Shown here: one piece after another, positions 18,283-27,404 of the stretch | Numbering within the stretch: the stretch's first letter is position 1 | Layout: the number at the start of each line of letters is the position of its first letter | From: Candidatus Moraniibacteriota bacterium | Lineage (GTDB): Bacteria; Patescibacteriota; Minisyncoccia; Moranbacterales; UBA1568 | Assembly (NCBI GenBank): GCA_043743535.1 | Contig: JAYTWI010000002.1 | Span: 1 to 63,837 of the forward strand | Length of the DNA: 63,837 nucleotides | Reading direction: 5' to 3' | Made by a program: the position numbers and the translations under genes | The notes under the pieces: generated by a model | What the model was told of the DNA's origin: nothing | Seen by the model: the letters and a program-made list of their open reading frames with translations, nothing else | Databases searched by the model: none

Positions 18283-18310
18283 ACCACCGCCAGCAATGCT
18301 GGCCAACGAA

Positions 18311-18349
18311 AGCCCATCACTCACCTGATGCGGCTTTTTTCTTTTTTTC
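18311..18349 (+). terminator. Intrinsic terminator of the PEP-CTERM gene
   Basis: Stem agcccatca / tgatgcggct with one bulge, followed by TTTTTTCTTTTTTT. It overlaps the 3' end region of convergent rarA. Confidence 0.6.
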
Positions 18350-18365
18350 AAAAACGTTTTTCTTG

Positions 18366-19580
18366 TCAAAGATATTTCCGCCCACGTAATTTCTCGGGGA
18401 AATATTCCTGAGCGGCCGCTTCTTTCGTTGTGAAATCTGGGGTATATTTGTATCCTTTCCCGTACGCAAGTTCCTTCATCAATTTAGTCGGAGCGTTACG
18501 TAAATATAGCGGCACCGCTTCATTAGGAAACTGATGAACATCCCCTTTGGCCTCACCATAGGCAGTATAGAGGGCGTTCGATTTCTTCGACATCGCTAGA
18601 TATACTACGGCCTGCGCCAAATGTACCTCGCACTCCGGCATCCCGAGCATCTGGCACGCCTGAAAAGCGGCCACCGCCTGGGGCAGGGCAAACGAATTGG
18701 CTAGTCCGACATCTTCCGAAGCGAATCTCACTAGACGCCTTGCCACATAGAGCGGGTCCTCGCCCACTTCCAACATACGCGCCAGATAGTAGAGCGCGGC
18801 ATTGGCATCATTGCCCCGGAGCGACTTATGGAGAGCCGAAATGATATTGTAATGCTCCTCGCCATTTTTGTCGTACAGCAAATGCGAGCGCTTGACGATC
18901 TCCTCCACGGTCGCGCCCACAATATGATCGGTTTTTAAAGCCGCCCCCTCGAGCGTATTAAGCGCCACCCGGGCGTCTCCTCCAGAAACAGCCGCGATAA
19001 ATGAAAGCGCTTTTTCATCAGCGGTTATTTTCTTGCCGAAATATTCCACACTTTTTGCCAAAGCTCGCTTCATCAAAGCTATTAATGTCTCTGGCATATG
19101 TTTTTCCAAGACCAACACCCTGGTACGTGACAGAAGAGCGCCATTCACTTCAAAACTGGGATTTTCTGTCGTTGCCCCAATAAGAATAATCGTTCCCTGT
19201 TCCACATGTGGCAGCAGACTGTCTTGCTGGGATTTGTTCCAGCGATGGATTTCATCAATAAAAAGCAGAGATTTTATCCCCTGCTGTTTATTGGTTTCTG
19301 CTTGCTCAAAAATACCCCGTAGTTCCTTCACCCCACTTCCCACGGCTGATAACTGGAAGAAGGCCGCCTTGGTTTCCTTGGCAATGAGCAGCGCCAGTGT
19401 CGTCTTGCCACTCCCCGGTGGTCCCCAAAGGATGAGTGACGGGACATGATCGGCTACCAACGCAGCCCGCAGAAACGCCCCCTCCCCAAAAATTTTTTCT
19501 TGCCCCAGAAAGTCTTCCAAGCGCTTGGGGCGCAGGCGCTCTGCCAGGGGTACACGATGGTCGTCCGTACTCTTTTTCAT
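18366..19580 (-). CDS. rarA: Replication-associated recombination protein A (AAA+ ATPase)
   Basis: LILWGPPGSGKTTLA Walker A, LFIDEIHRWNK Walker B, and a MgsA C-terminal region. Confidence 0.9.
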   Translation of the reverse strand: MKKSTDDHRVPLAERLRPKRLEDFLGQEKIFGEGAFLRAALVADHVPSLILWGPPGSGKTTLALLIAKETKAAFFQLSAVGSGVKELRGIFEQAETNKQQGIKSLLFIDEIHRWNKSQQDSLLPHVEQGTIILIGATTENPSFEVNGALLSRTRVLVLEKHMPETLIALMKRALAKSVEYFGKKITADEKALSFIAAVSGGDARVALNTLEGAALKTDHIVGATVEEIVKRSHLLYDKNGEEHYNIISALHKSLRGNDANAALYYLARMLEVGEDPLYVARRLVRFASEDVGLANSFALPQAVAAFQACQMLGMPECEVHLAQAVVYLAMSKKSNALYTAYGEAKGDVHQFPNEAVPLYLRNAPTKLMKELAYGKGYKYTPDFTTKEAAAQEYFPEKLRGRKYL

Positions 19581-19585
19581 ACTCC

Positions 19586-20395
19586 TTATTCCATAACCAA
19601 AAGCACCGGACAGTGATCAGAGCCCATCACCAAAGGAAGAATCTTGGCCGCCTTCACTCTTTTTTTCAGACTGGCACTCACCAGAAAATAATCGATACGC
19701 CAACCGACGTTACGTTCTCGCGACTTGGCGAAGTGTGACCACCAGGAATAGAAACCTTTCCCTTGCTGAAAGAGACGGAACGTATCAATGAAACCAGCAG
19801 TGATGAATTTTTGGAAACCTGCCCGTTCTTCATCAGTGAAGCCGTGCTTGCCGACATTAGCTTTGGGGTTGGCCAGATCATCTTCCGTATGAGCGACATT
19901 CAAATCCCCACAAAATATCACTGGTTTCTTTTTTTCTAAACTCTGACAGTAGGCGAGAAAGGCTGGATCCCACTGTTTCTGCCTGAGGGGTACTCGACTC
20001 AAGTCTTCTTTTGCATTTGGTGTGTAGACAGTGACCACATAAAACTCCGCAAACTCGGCTGCTATCACTCGTCCCTCGGTACAAGGGTCCCCATACTCAT
20101 CTCCACTAAGATGAAATTTTTTCACAATCTTTTCTGGAAAACCGTTCATAACTGCCAGCGGTTTTTCCTTGGTGAAAAGAGCTGTTCCAGAATAGCCCTT
20201 ACGTTCGGCAGAGTGCCAGTATTCTTCATACTGTGGCAGATCGATTTCTGCCTGACCCTCCATAGCTTTGGTCTCCTGGAGACAGAGGATATCGGGTTGG
20301 TATTGCTCGATGAAAGGGAGAAAGAGACCCTTCTTGTGGACGGCTCGGATACCGTTAACGTTCCACGAAATTAAGGTGATAGATTTTTTTGACAT
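19586..20395 (-). CDS. xth: Exodeoxyribonuclease III
   Basis: ISWNVNGIRA, CLQETK and GSDHCPV motifs. Start moved to the ATG giving MSKKSITLISWNVNG. Confidence 0.9.
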   Translation of the reverse strand: MSKKSITLISWNVNGIRAVHKKGLFLPFIEQYQPDILCLQETKAMEGQAEIDLPQYEEYWHSAERKGYSGTALFTKEKPLAVMNGFPEKIVKKFHLSGDEYGDPCTEGRVIAAEFAEFYVVTVYTPNAKEDLSRVPLRQKQWDPAFLAYCQSLEKKKPVIFCGDLNVAHTEDDLANPKANVGKHGFTDEERAGFQKFITAGFIDTFRLFQQGKGFYSWWSHFAKSRERNVGWRIDYFLVSASLKKRVKAAKILPLVMGSDHCPVLLVME

Positions 20396-20474
20396 ACATG
20401 AAAAGAATTGTTTACTCTTCTTACATACTAACAAATTTCTCCGCTCATGAAAAGCCGCTTAAGGAGTATTATTT

Positions 20475-21647
20475 TCAAGACTTTTTCCCCTTGAAAGCCA
20501 CGGCGTCCAGCTCGTGAAAACGACGCTGTTTTTCTTCGATCGGTATATCATCCACCATTCCTTTGGTGGCAGCCGTGCCAGGACGGGGCGAATACCAGGC
20601 GATAAACGTCTTTGCAAAATCCACCTGCTTAACCAAAGCAATGCTGTCAGCAAATTGCTCGCGCGTCTCACTAGGAAACCCCACGATAATATCAGTGGTG
20701 AACTGCATTTCCGGTATCGCTTCTTTGATTCGTACAATCAAATCAAGATATTCTTCCCGGGTGTACCAGCGGTTCATTTTTTTGAGGATATCATTGTTCC
20801 CTGACTGCACTGGCAGGTGGAGTACCCGATCAATATTTTTATGTGTTGCCATCACTGCGATCAACTCAGGAGAAAAATCCCACGGATTGGAAGAAATGAA
20901 GGATACTTTCTTGAACTGAGGCATCGAGGCGATACTTTCCAAGAGATACGGAAAAAGCGTAGGGATACGGTGACGATTCAAGTGTTTAACCATAATCGGC
21001 TTGACTGCCCGGCCATCTGGCAGAATATACGACTCCCCCTCCTTGATTTTCTCCTGCAAAAAATCAGCCCCATACGAATTGACATTTTGTCCCAAGAGTA
21101 CCACCTCTTCATAACCTTCTCTCATAATATACTGTGCTTCCTCTATAATTTCCGCAAAAGAGCGCGAACGTTCCCGGCCACGCGAAAAAGGCACGATACA
21201 AAAAGCGCAGTAATTATTGCAGCCGTTAGAAATGATAAGCGAGGCTGACTTACCTTTCAATCGCACCGGCGTGTGTTCGAAACCCACGTCTTCCAAGGGT
21301 AGAAATTCCGCATCCGGCAAACGGCTGGTTAAACGTTTCATCATCTTACCTGATGGTTCACGCGCTGCCGCTCCTACGACGCAGCCCGTCACCACGATGC
21401 GCGGCGACTTTTCTCCCAGCCGTTCCCGCAAACTCTTCACCAAACCATAAATTTTTTCCTCCGCCTTATCGCGGATAACGCAGGTATTGAGAACCAGAAC
21501 ATCCGCCTCCTCGAGAGTAACGGCCGAAATAAAACCACGCGAGCGATAAAAGCTCTCGATCCGTTCTGAATCAGCCACATTCTGCTGACAACCGAATGTT
21601 TTGATGAAAAATTTTTCTGCCATAGACATTCGGCTATAGTATGCCAT
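20475..21647 (-). CDS. MiaB/RimO-family radical SAM methylthiotransferase, apparently without a TRAM domain
   Basis: UPF0004 N-domain (FIKTFGCQQNVADSE) and radical SAM cluster motif (CNNYCAFCIVP). The protein ends about where the TRAM domain normally begins. Confidence 0.85.
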   Translation of the reverse strand: MAYYSRMSMAEKFFIKTFGCQQNVADSERIESFYRSRGFISAVTLEEADVLVLNTCVIRDKAEEKIYGLVKSLRERLGEKSPRIVVTGCVVGAAAREPSGKMMKRLTSRLPDAEFLPLEDVGFEHTPVRLKGKSASLIISNGCNNYCAFCIVPFSRGRERSRSFAEIIEEAQYIMREGYEEVVLLGQNVNSYGADFLQEKIKEGESYILPDGRAVKPIMVKHLNRHRIPTLFPYLLESIASMPQFKKVSFISSNPWDFSPELIAVMATHKNIDRVLHLPVQSGNNDILKKMNRWYTREEYLDLIVRIKEAIPEMQFTTDIIVGFPSETREQFADSIALVKQVDFAKTFIAWYSPRPGTAATKGMVDDIPIEEKQRRFHELDAVAFKGKKS

Positions 21648-21653
21648 TTTCCG

Positions 21654-23447
21654 CTATTTATCAAGCATCGTTTGGCCGGTGGGCGCAAGAACGACGGGGA
21701 TATCCTCAAATGAAAGCTCGTGATTCTTAGCAGTAACAGTCATTTTTACCATGAGACCATGCATCGTTGCTACATCGTGATACTGGTCGAAAATGAGATT
21801 ACCCAAAGAATAGTAAATAGTCTTGCCGGCATACACTTCTTTTTCCTCCACTACGTGCGGATGAGAGCCGATAATAACATCGACTCCAGCCTCGATAAAC
21901 TGGTGCGCCAGGTCTTTGATAGATGGCAAAGCGGGGACATACTCTTTCCCCCAATGGGTATACAAAACGACGACGTCCGCTTTGGCTCGCGCCTGTTTGA
22001 TATCTGCGAACGCTTTCTCTTTACCCTCTAGAATAAACTGGTTGTAATTGACGAACGCCATTTTGTGACCAGACCATTCTTTATAGAGTACCCGTTCGTC
22101 CCCCGCAAGCGGTGAGCCAAAATATTCCACCCCCGCCGCCTCAAGATATTTTTTGGTCTGCAGAGCCCCCTCGTTATGAAAATTCAGAATATGATTATTG
22201 CCCAAGTTCACGATATCGATATGTTCTTTTTTCAACAACTGCGCCGTCTCTGGCGGAAAAGTAAAAACGTAGTTCTTGGCCTCACCCATAATACTATGGA
22301 CACTCACCGAAATATTATCGGTAATTGGTCCTTCCAAATTAGCTACTACGACATCAGCGCCACTCAACAATTCTCGTAACGGCGCAAACAAGAAATCTTC
22401 TCCCCGTTCTGCGCGCGCGATGCGAATAGAACGATCGAACATCATATCCCCACCAAAAATAATCGTCACCCCGCTATCACTCTCTTTTCTTTCTCCCCCA
22501 AAAGGGCGTTCCTCTGCTGAAATAAAAGGGAGATAGCCGCTAATATAACTGGTAACGTCTTTGTCGGGGCCACCGAAGTCAGTTGAATCCTTTCTTTCTA
22601 TCAGATGAAAACTAGGCGGCGTATTGCTACCCTTCAAGTAACCAGCCAGTAGAGCGATACAAGAACGGCAATCATTATTGAGGTAATCAAACTTACTGTC
22701 TGTCAGGTTTTGCAAGACAGCGATGCTCTCTCGATCTTGAGACTGAGCTGTCGTGTGCGTCGCATGATGTGAAAAATCGCTACTCACTACAAGTAGGGTT
22801 TTTCCTGGGTCAGGTACACTTTGTGCCAGAATGTCTCCAAGCTGTTCAAAGTCCGCATAATTGTAGTTGTTTTTTAATATCAGTGGTACAACCTTTGCCT
22901 GAGGAAAATAATGTCTGATAAATGGAATTTCCGTGTAGATTCCGTGCTCACTAAGAAAAGGATTTTTGTTATTAGCTATTTCTTTGTGCTCTTGAGTCAG
23001 ACTGGCTATGTAAGTTTTATCTGCTGTTATATCTCCGAACAACGCCTCCCAAGGAGCATCCGTCGTAAAGGCCAAAACATCCTCTGGAAAAGAAGTTTGG
23101 AAATGATCGGGACTCACGAGGATGATGCGTGTTATATCGTCACGAGCCACAGCTCTATAGGAGCGAGCAATGAGCGGTGCTGCGAGTAAATGATGTGAAG
23201 TTATAACTGCACGTGCGGCGGTTCCTTGGGGAAAGGTTTTTTCTACCATATCAAAGGCCTCCTGATAAACTGTTTGGTTTCGATAAAGCGTAGTCAAGAA
23301 ACTAACGCGTCCAGTGTTTGAAATTACTATATGCTCACCCCCCTTCGTATAGGTAATAAGAACGAATGCTGCGACTACCATGACGAAAAGAGCTACGGCG
23401 AACCAATAGCTCTTTCGTTTCAGAAAAGACACATGCAGAGTGAGCAT
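21654..23447 (-). CDS. Membrane-anchored fusion of a Memo-like domain and a CapA/PGA_cap metallophosphatase-like domain
   Basis: N-terminal TM helix. Memo-like motifs: ITSHHLLA, SPDHF, EHGIYTEIPFI, SSDFSHH. CapA-like motifs: FGGDMMFDR, NLEGPIT, GNNH, HWGKEY, GSHPHV, YSLGNLIFDQ. Confidence 0.8.
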   Translation of the reverse strand: MLTLHVSFLKRKSYWFAVALFVMVVAAFVLITYTKGGEHIVISNTGRVSFLTTLYRNQTVYQEAFDMVEKTFPQGTAARAVITSHHLLAAPLIARSYRAVARDDITRIILVSPDHFQTSFPEDVLAFTTDAPWEALFGDITADKTYIASLTQEHKEIANNKNPFLSEHGIYTEIPFIRHYFPQAKVVPLILKNNYNYADFEQLGDILAQSVPDPGKTLLVVSSDFSHHATHTTAQSQDRESIAVLQNLTDSKFDYLNNDCRSCIALLAGYLKGSNTPPSFHLIERKDSTDFGGPDKDVTSYISGYLPFISAEERPFGGERKESDSGVTIIFGGDMMFDRSIRIARAERGEDFLFAPLRELLSGADVVVANLEGPITDNISVSVHSIMGEAKNYVFTFPPETAQLLKKEHIDIVNLGNNHILNFHNEGALQTKKYLEAAGVEYFGSPLAGDERVLYKEWSGHKMAFVNYNQFILEGKEKAFADIKQARAKADVVVLYTHWGKEYVPALPSIKDLAHQFIEAGVDVIIGSHPHVVEEKEVYAGKTIYYSLGNLIFDQYHDVATMHGLMVKMTVTAKNHELSFEDIPVVLAPTGQTMLDK

Positions 23448-23452
23448 GATGC

Positions 23453-25864
23453 TTACTTCAAACGTTCAGCCCAGACCGGTGACTGTGGAAAGGTCATGGC
23501 ATCGCCACCTTCAGCGGCTAAATTTTTCTTTTCATATATAGCACTCCTCCAGTTACCATCAGTCAGACGCTTACCAAGTGGCCCAGTAAACTCATAGTAA
23601 TTATAGATCAGACCACGTGTCAGACGAGCACCATTGCTATCTTTGACTGCGACGAACAGTGAATTCGGGATACTATTGGCTTCATAAAGAATTTTTTTAG
23701 AGAGGGTGTCAGTATGCACATCAGCAATGAGCGCTGAACGGGCATTATTCTCCAAGCCTACATCTCCAGGGAGAACAGAAAGCACCGAGTCTAATTTACC
23801 CGGCTCCCCGCGCAATTGTTCAAACGTATCATCAGAGATAACTTTATTTTCAATTTCTTGGGTCGCTACATCACGAAAAAACCGCAAGGAGGTTAAAAAA
23901 GTTTCGTTCCGTCCTTGAAAAGTCTGGTCCAATAAACCTAAATCATTCATTCCTTGATACGTCATTTGCGAAAGCGCGAGTAACCGATCCCAAAATTCCA
24001 TATTTGCTTCGACGTAGCCTTTTGGAACTGCTGGCTTCTTAGTTGGATCATCGCCTCCGCCCCCCATTTCAGCATAAGATTGTTTGGCATAAAGCAGTGT
24101 GTCGTGCTTCAGCTCCGTCCATGATCCCAAGGCAGTATTGGTATCTTTAATACGCCAGGCACCCTCTCTCATAAAGTGCGGGTAGCCTACGAGCTCATTA
24201 CCTCCCTGAAACAGCGTCTTGAGCGTTCGTGTCCAACCCCAGTAAATATTTTGTGTCCACATCGCTTCAGTCATCTGAGCAAACTTTCCTTTCAATTCAT
24301 CAAGTTTGGTATGAATATCTGCTCGATTATCTGGCACATTCTGAATAATCCAGTCTTCCAACAGTGGATCGCTTGTTTTGTCGCCAAATGCCGACATGAC
24401 CATGAGCGCGGTTGGCATACTCGGTAGTTCCATCCCCTGTTCATCACCTTTGGTCAATTGATTCAAGATGAACGCATCAGGTGTAAAACGCTGACCCATA
24501 AAACGAAATCCCCGCGTGCTTGCGAGCAATTCCTCTTTAGTAGAACTCGCCACACTATCACCAGCAAGTACACTCGATAAGATAGCGGGGGGGCGATAAT
24601 TTTTGACTAAACTTTGCGCTCGTTTAATGTCCTCGTTCGTCCAAGAAGCTTTGTCTCCCAACTCTTTAAGTAAATCTCCATACTCATAAATACCTAGATC
24701 ATCGCTTTCGCCAACAAAAAACGTCGTAGGGATATAGATAGCCTCCCATTCTTTTTTCAGCTGAGCGTCTTGCATAAAGGAAGTAATGGCAAGCGAATCA
24801 TGTGTCAATTCTGGACTGGCAGCCAAAAAATTCTGGCGGCCAAACCACATCATGGAACGGAAATAAGAACGCAAAAGACTATTCTTGGTATAGTGACTAC
24901 GTGGCGTATACTGGGTATAATCTTCTTGATAATTTGGATTGGCTGCCAGCTCATATTTTCCAAGTAACGGAGAGGACGTGCTGGCATCTGTGGCTGAAAA
25001 AATAAGCTGTAATTCTTGCTCGGCTTGATCAGCAATAACACTATTCATTCCCCCGCGCTCCCTTTTAACGACCGCCAGAGCCGCTTGCAAAGTATCTACT
25101 TTGGTGTCGGCTGACGAGTATTGCTTAGCTTCTGATTGCACACTTTCCGTCAAAGCAAACGGCACCATAAAGTAGCCGCTCAAACGCTCATAACTTGCTT
25201 GCTCATCACCAGTACTCACTTTCGCACGAGCCATTGCTTGAACAAAAAGTTTTTGTGCAAGACTGCGCACGTGTTCATAAAGCACAGTCTGCTCAGCGTG
25301 TTCAAACTCTTTTTCTAATAAACGATGGTAAACATGGAGCATATAGTCTGTAGTGACAAAGGGTGCATTTTCTGGTGCACGATAAAACTCACCATAGGAA
25401 CCACCAATATTATGATACACTCCCGTCCAATCATCCGTACGACTATTTTCTGTATTAGGATCTGCAGCAAACTGCAGATCATGCACCGGTGCCACAAAAA
25501 AGTTTTTATCCGCTAAAGATCGTTTCTGTGCTTCGGAAAAAGTATAGGGTACTGTTTGCGTACCGTAGTCTTTCTGAGGCTCCAATGGGTGCTCGAAGTT
25601 TTTCAAATTCTTCAGCTCATCCACCCCTACTTTGACATCGGGCACAGCGGGCGTGAATTGGGACAGCTCCAATGTATACGGCGCAAAAGAAAAATGCTCA
25701 CGCACTGACCCTACGACCGTATCAACCGATTTCTCCGCAATCTGTGATAGTTGTTTAGTAACTGGTGTTTCTTTCAACTCAAATGATCGCCACACCCCAA
25801 TCATCCCCAGGGCAACAAACAAACCAATACCCGCTCCAGCTAACCACTGTTTTGTATGTGTCAT
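23453..25864 (-). CDS. Large membrane-anchored extracytoplasmic protein (possibly DUF3160-like)
   Basis: About 800 aa after trimming to the ATG (MTHTKQWLAGAGIGLFVALGMIGVW). Single N-terminal TM helix. The family call is from memory only. Confidence 0.6.
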   Translation of the reverse strand: MTHTKQWLAGAGIGLFVALGMIGVWRSFELKETPVTKQLSQIAEKSVDTVVGSVREHFSFAPYTLELSQFTPAVPDVKVGVDELKNLKNFEHPLEPQKDYGTQTVPYTFSEAQKRSLADKNFFVAPVHDLQFAADPNTENSRTDDWTGVYHNIGGSYGEFYRAPENAPFVTTDYMLHVYHRLLEKEFEHAEQTVLYEHVRSLAQKLFVQAMARAKVSTGDEQASYERLSGYFMVPFALTESVQSEAKQYSSADTKVDTLQAALAVVKRERGGMNSVIADQAEQELQLIFSATDASTSSPLLGKYELAANPNYQEDYTQYTPRSHYTKNSLLRSYFRSMMWFGRQNFLAASPELTHDSLAITSFMQDAQLKKEWEAIYIPTTFFVGESDDLGIYEYGDLLKELGDKASWTNEDIKRAQSLVKNYRPPAILSSVLAGDSVASSTKEELLASTRGFRFMGQRFTPDAFILNQLTKGDEQGMELPSMPTALMVMSAFGDKTSDPLLEDWIIQNVPDNRADIHTKLDELKGKFAQMTEAMWTQNIYWGWTRTLKTLFQGGNELVGYPHFMREGAWRIKDTNTALGSWTELKHDTLLYAKQSYAEMGGGGDDPTKKPAVPKGYVEANMEFWDRLLALSQMTYQGMNDLGLLDQTFQGRNETFLTSLRFFRDVATQEIENKVISDDTFEQLRGEPGKLDSVLSVLPGDVGLENNARSALIADVHTDTLSKKILYEANSIPNSLFVAVKDSNGARLTRGLIYNYYEFTGPLGKRLTDGNWRSAIYEKKNLAAEGGDAMTFPQSPVWAERLK

Positions 25865-25937
25865 ATAAATATCTAACAACTTAGGCTCTACTGCCTTCAC
25901 TATACCACAAATTCTTCTATTATCTTCCACTGACTGA

Positions 25938-26999
25938 CTATCTTTTCTCCACAATGAGCTGGCCACAAGCAGCAGCGATGTCGTCCCCCATAGTCCGGCG
26001 CCGAGTGACCGTCACCCCCGCTTCGCTCAATATATGTTCAAACCGAGCAAAATCGCCTGGCAAACTGTCGCGATAGACACTACCGGTGAAGTTGTACGGG
26101 ATAAGATTGATACGAACCTTACCTACTTTCTGAGCGAAAGCGACCAATGCTTGGGCGTGTGTTTCGGTGTCATTCACTTTAGAAAGCATGACGTATTCAA
26201 AAGTGAGGTGCCGTCGCCGACTATCGAATTTTTCAAAATAAGCTTTGGTCCATGCTGTAAGATCCCCCAAAAAACCCGGGAAAGAACTCGGCATCATCGA
26301 CTCCCGTGTCTTCGGGTCTGCACTATGAAGCGACACTGCCAATCTCACCGCCGGCCAGGTTGGATCATCAAGCAGTTTGCGGAGCATCGGAAGAAGACCG
26401 ACAGTCGAAACCGTGATGCGGGTCATACCGATGTCGGTATATTTCAGGAGGGTGAGAATAGCCTCTTTCACCCGCTCATAATTCGCCAACGGTTCACCCA
26501 TACCCATAAAAACGATATTGCTGATCCGCTCCGATAGCTCTGGTCGCTTATTCAAAAAAATCTGCCAAAAACGCACCTGATCAACGATTTCGTCCGCAGT
26601 CAAATTACGGGTAAATCCCATTGTCCCAGTAGCACAAAAGGTGCAAGCCATGGCACAACCAACCTGCGACGATACGCAAACGGTAAACTGTCCCCGCGCA
26701 TTTTTCATGAGCACTGTTTCCACCCGTTTTTTATCAGCCGTTTCTACTACCGCTTTAAAAGTATCTTTCTTAATACTTTCAAATACCTGCACTTCCGTTA
26801 CGGCCAACCACGGAATCTCTGCATCGAGAGTCTCACGCATGGCGAGCGGCATACTGGAAATATCAGAAAAACCGTGAAAAACTGCTGAAAACAAAGCTTC
26901 CTCCATCTGTCTGAGACGAAAAGCCGGCACGGCGCCGAAAAGCTCGCAGAATTGTTCTTTGCGGGAGAGTGGTATCATAACTGACATACTGTAACCCAT
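25938..26999 (-). CDS. rlmN: 23S rRNA/tRNA (adenine-C2)-methyltransferase, radical SAM
   Basis: GCAMACTFCATG cluster motif and GMGEPLAN. The track ORF starts at TTG (27023). ATG alternatives are at 26999, 26987 and 26978. Confidence 0.88.
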   Translation of the reverse strand: MGYSMSVMIPLSRKEQFCELFGAVPAFRLRQMEEALFSAVFHGFSDISSMPLAMRETLDAEIPWLAVTEVQVFESIKKDTFKAVVETADKKRVETVLMKNARGQFTVCVSSQVGCAMACTFCATGTMGFTRNLTADEIVDQVRFWQIFLNKRPELSERISNIVFMGMGEPLANYERVKEAILTLLKYTDIGMTRITVSTVGLLPMLRKLLDDPTWPAVRLAVSLHSADPKTRESMMPSSFPGFLGDLTAWTKAYFEKFDSRRRHLTFEYVMLSKVNDTETHAQALVAFAQKVGKVRINLIPYNFTGSVYRDSLPGDFARFEHILSEAGVTVTRRRTMGDDIAAACGQLIVEKR

Positions 27000-27072
27000 T
27001 TCCGAGAAAGAGTCAACCGTCAAAATCTACCAAGGCCTTAATCCAGATTCTTGCCAGTCAGTTCTGCTGCCC

Positions 27073-27396
27073 TTAAGGCTTTGTACCGAAGATATCTTTT
27101 CCCAAAATCAAATCCTGTTCATGCACACGGGTGCGCTCTTTAAGGCGGTCTACCACATCCTGAAAGTTTTTTTCCTGAAAAGTCGTTTCTGTGAAATTTT
27201 TTTGCAAAAATTCTGCTTTCTGTTGATCACTCCACTGGTACTGATAGAGGTTGTGATACCAGGAGTAACCGCCATAGGCAGTAACCATCAAAAATCCAAA
27301 GAAAAACAGTATCTTATAGTGGCGGTACCAAAAAAACAAGATCTTCTTCGACGAGAAGTGTTTGAGAATTTTCTCCAAAAAAGAAATTTTTTGCAT
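27073..27396 (-). CDS. Small hypothetical membrane protein at the distal end of the pilus cluster
   Basis: 107 aa with one TM helix (ILFFFGFLMVTAYGGYSWY). Confidence 0.45.
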   Translation of the reverse strand: MQKISFLEKILKHFSSKKILFFWYRHYKILFFFGFLMVTAYGGYSWYHNLYQYQWSDQQKAEFLQKNFTETTFQEKNFQDVVDRLKERTRVHEQDLILGKDIFGTKP

Positions 27397-27404
27397 AGGA
27401 CTTA

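Noticed and set aside
17548-18369. 273-aa minus-strand ORF antisense to the PEP-CTERM gene (plus several shorter ones)
   Set aside because: It is Arg/Gly/Ala/Pro-rich with low complexity. The plus-strand frame has a signal peptide, a sorting signal and a terminator, so the antisense ORF is a shadow.
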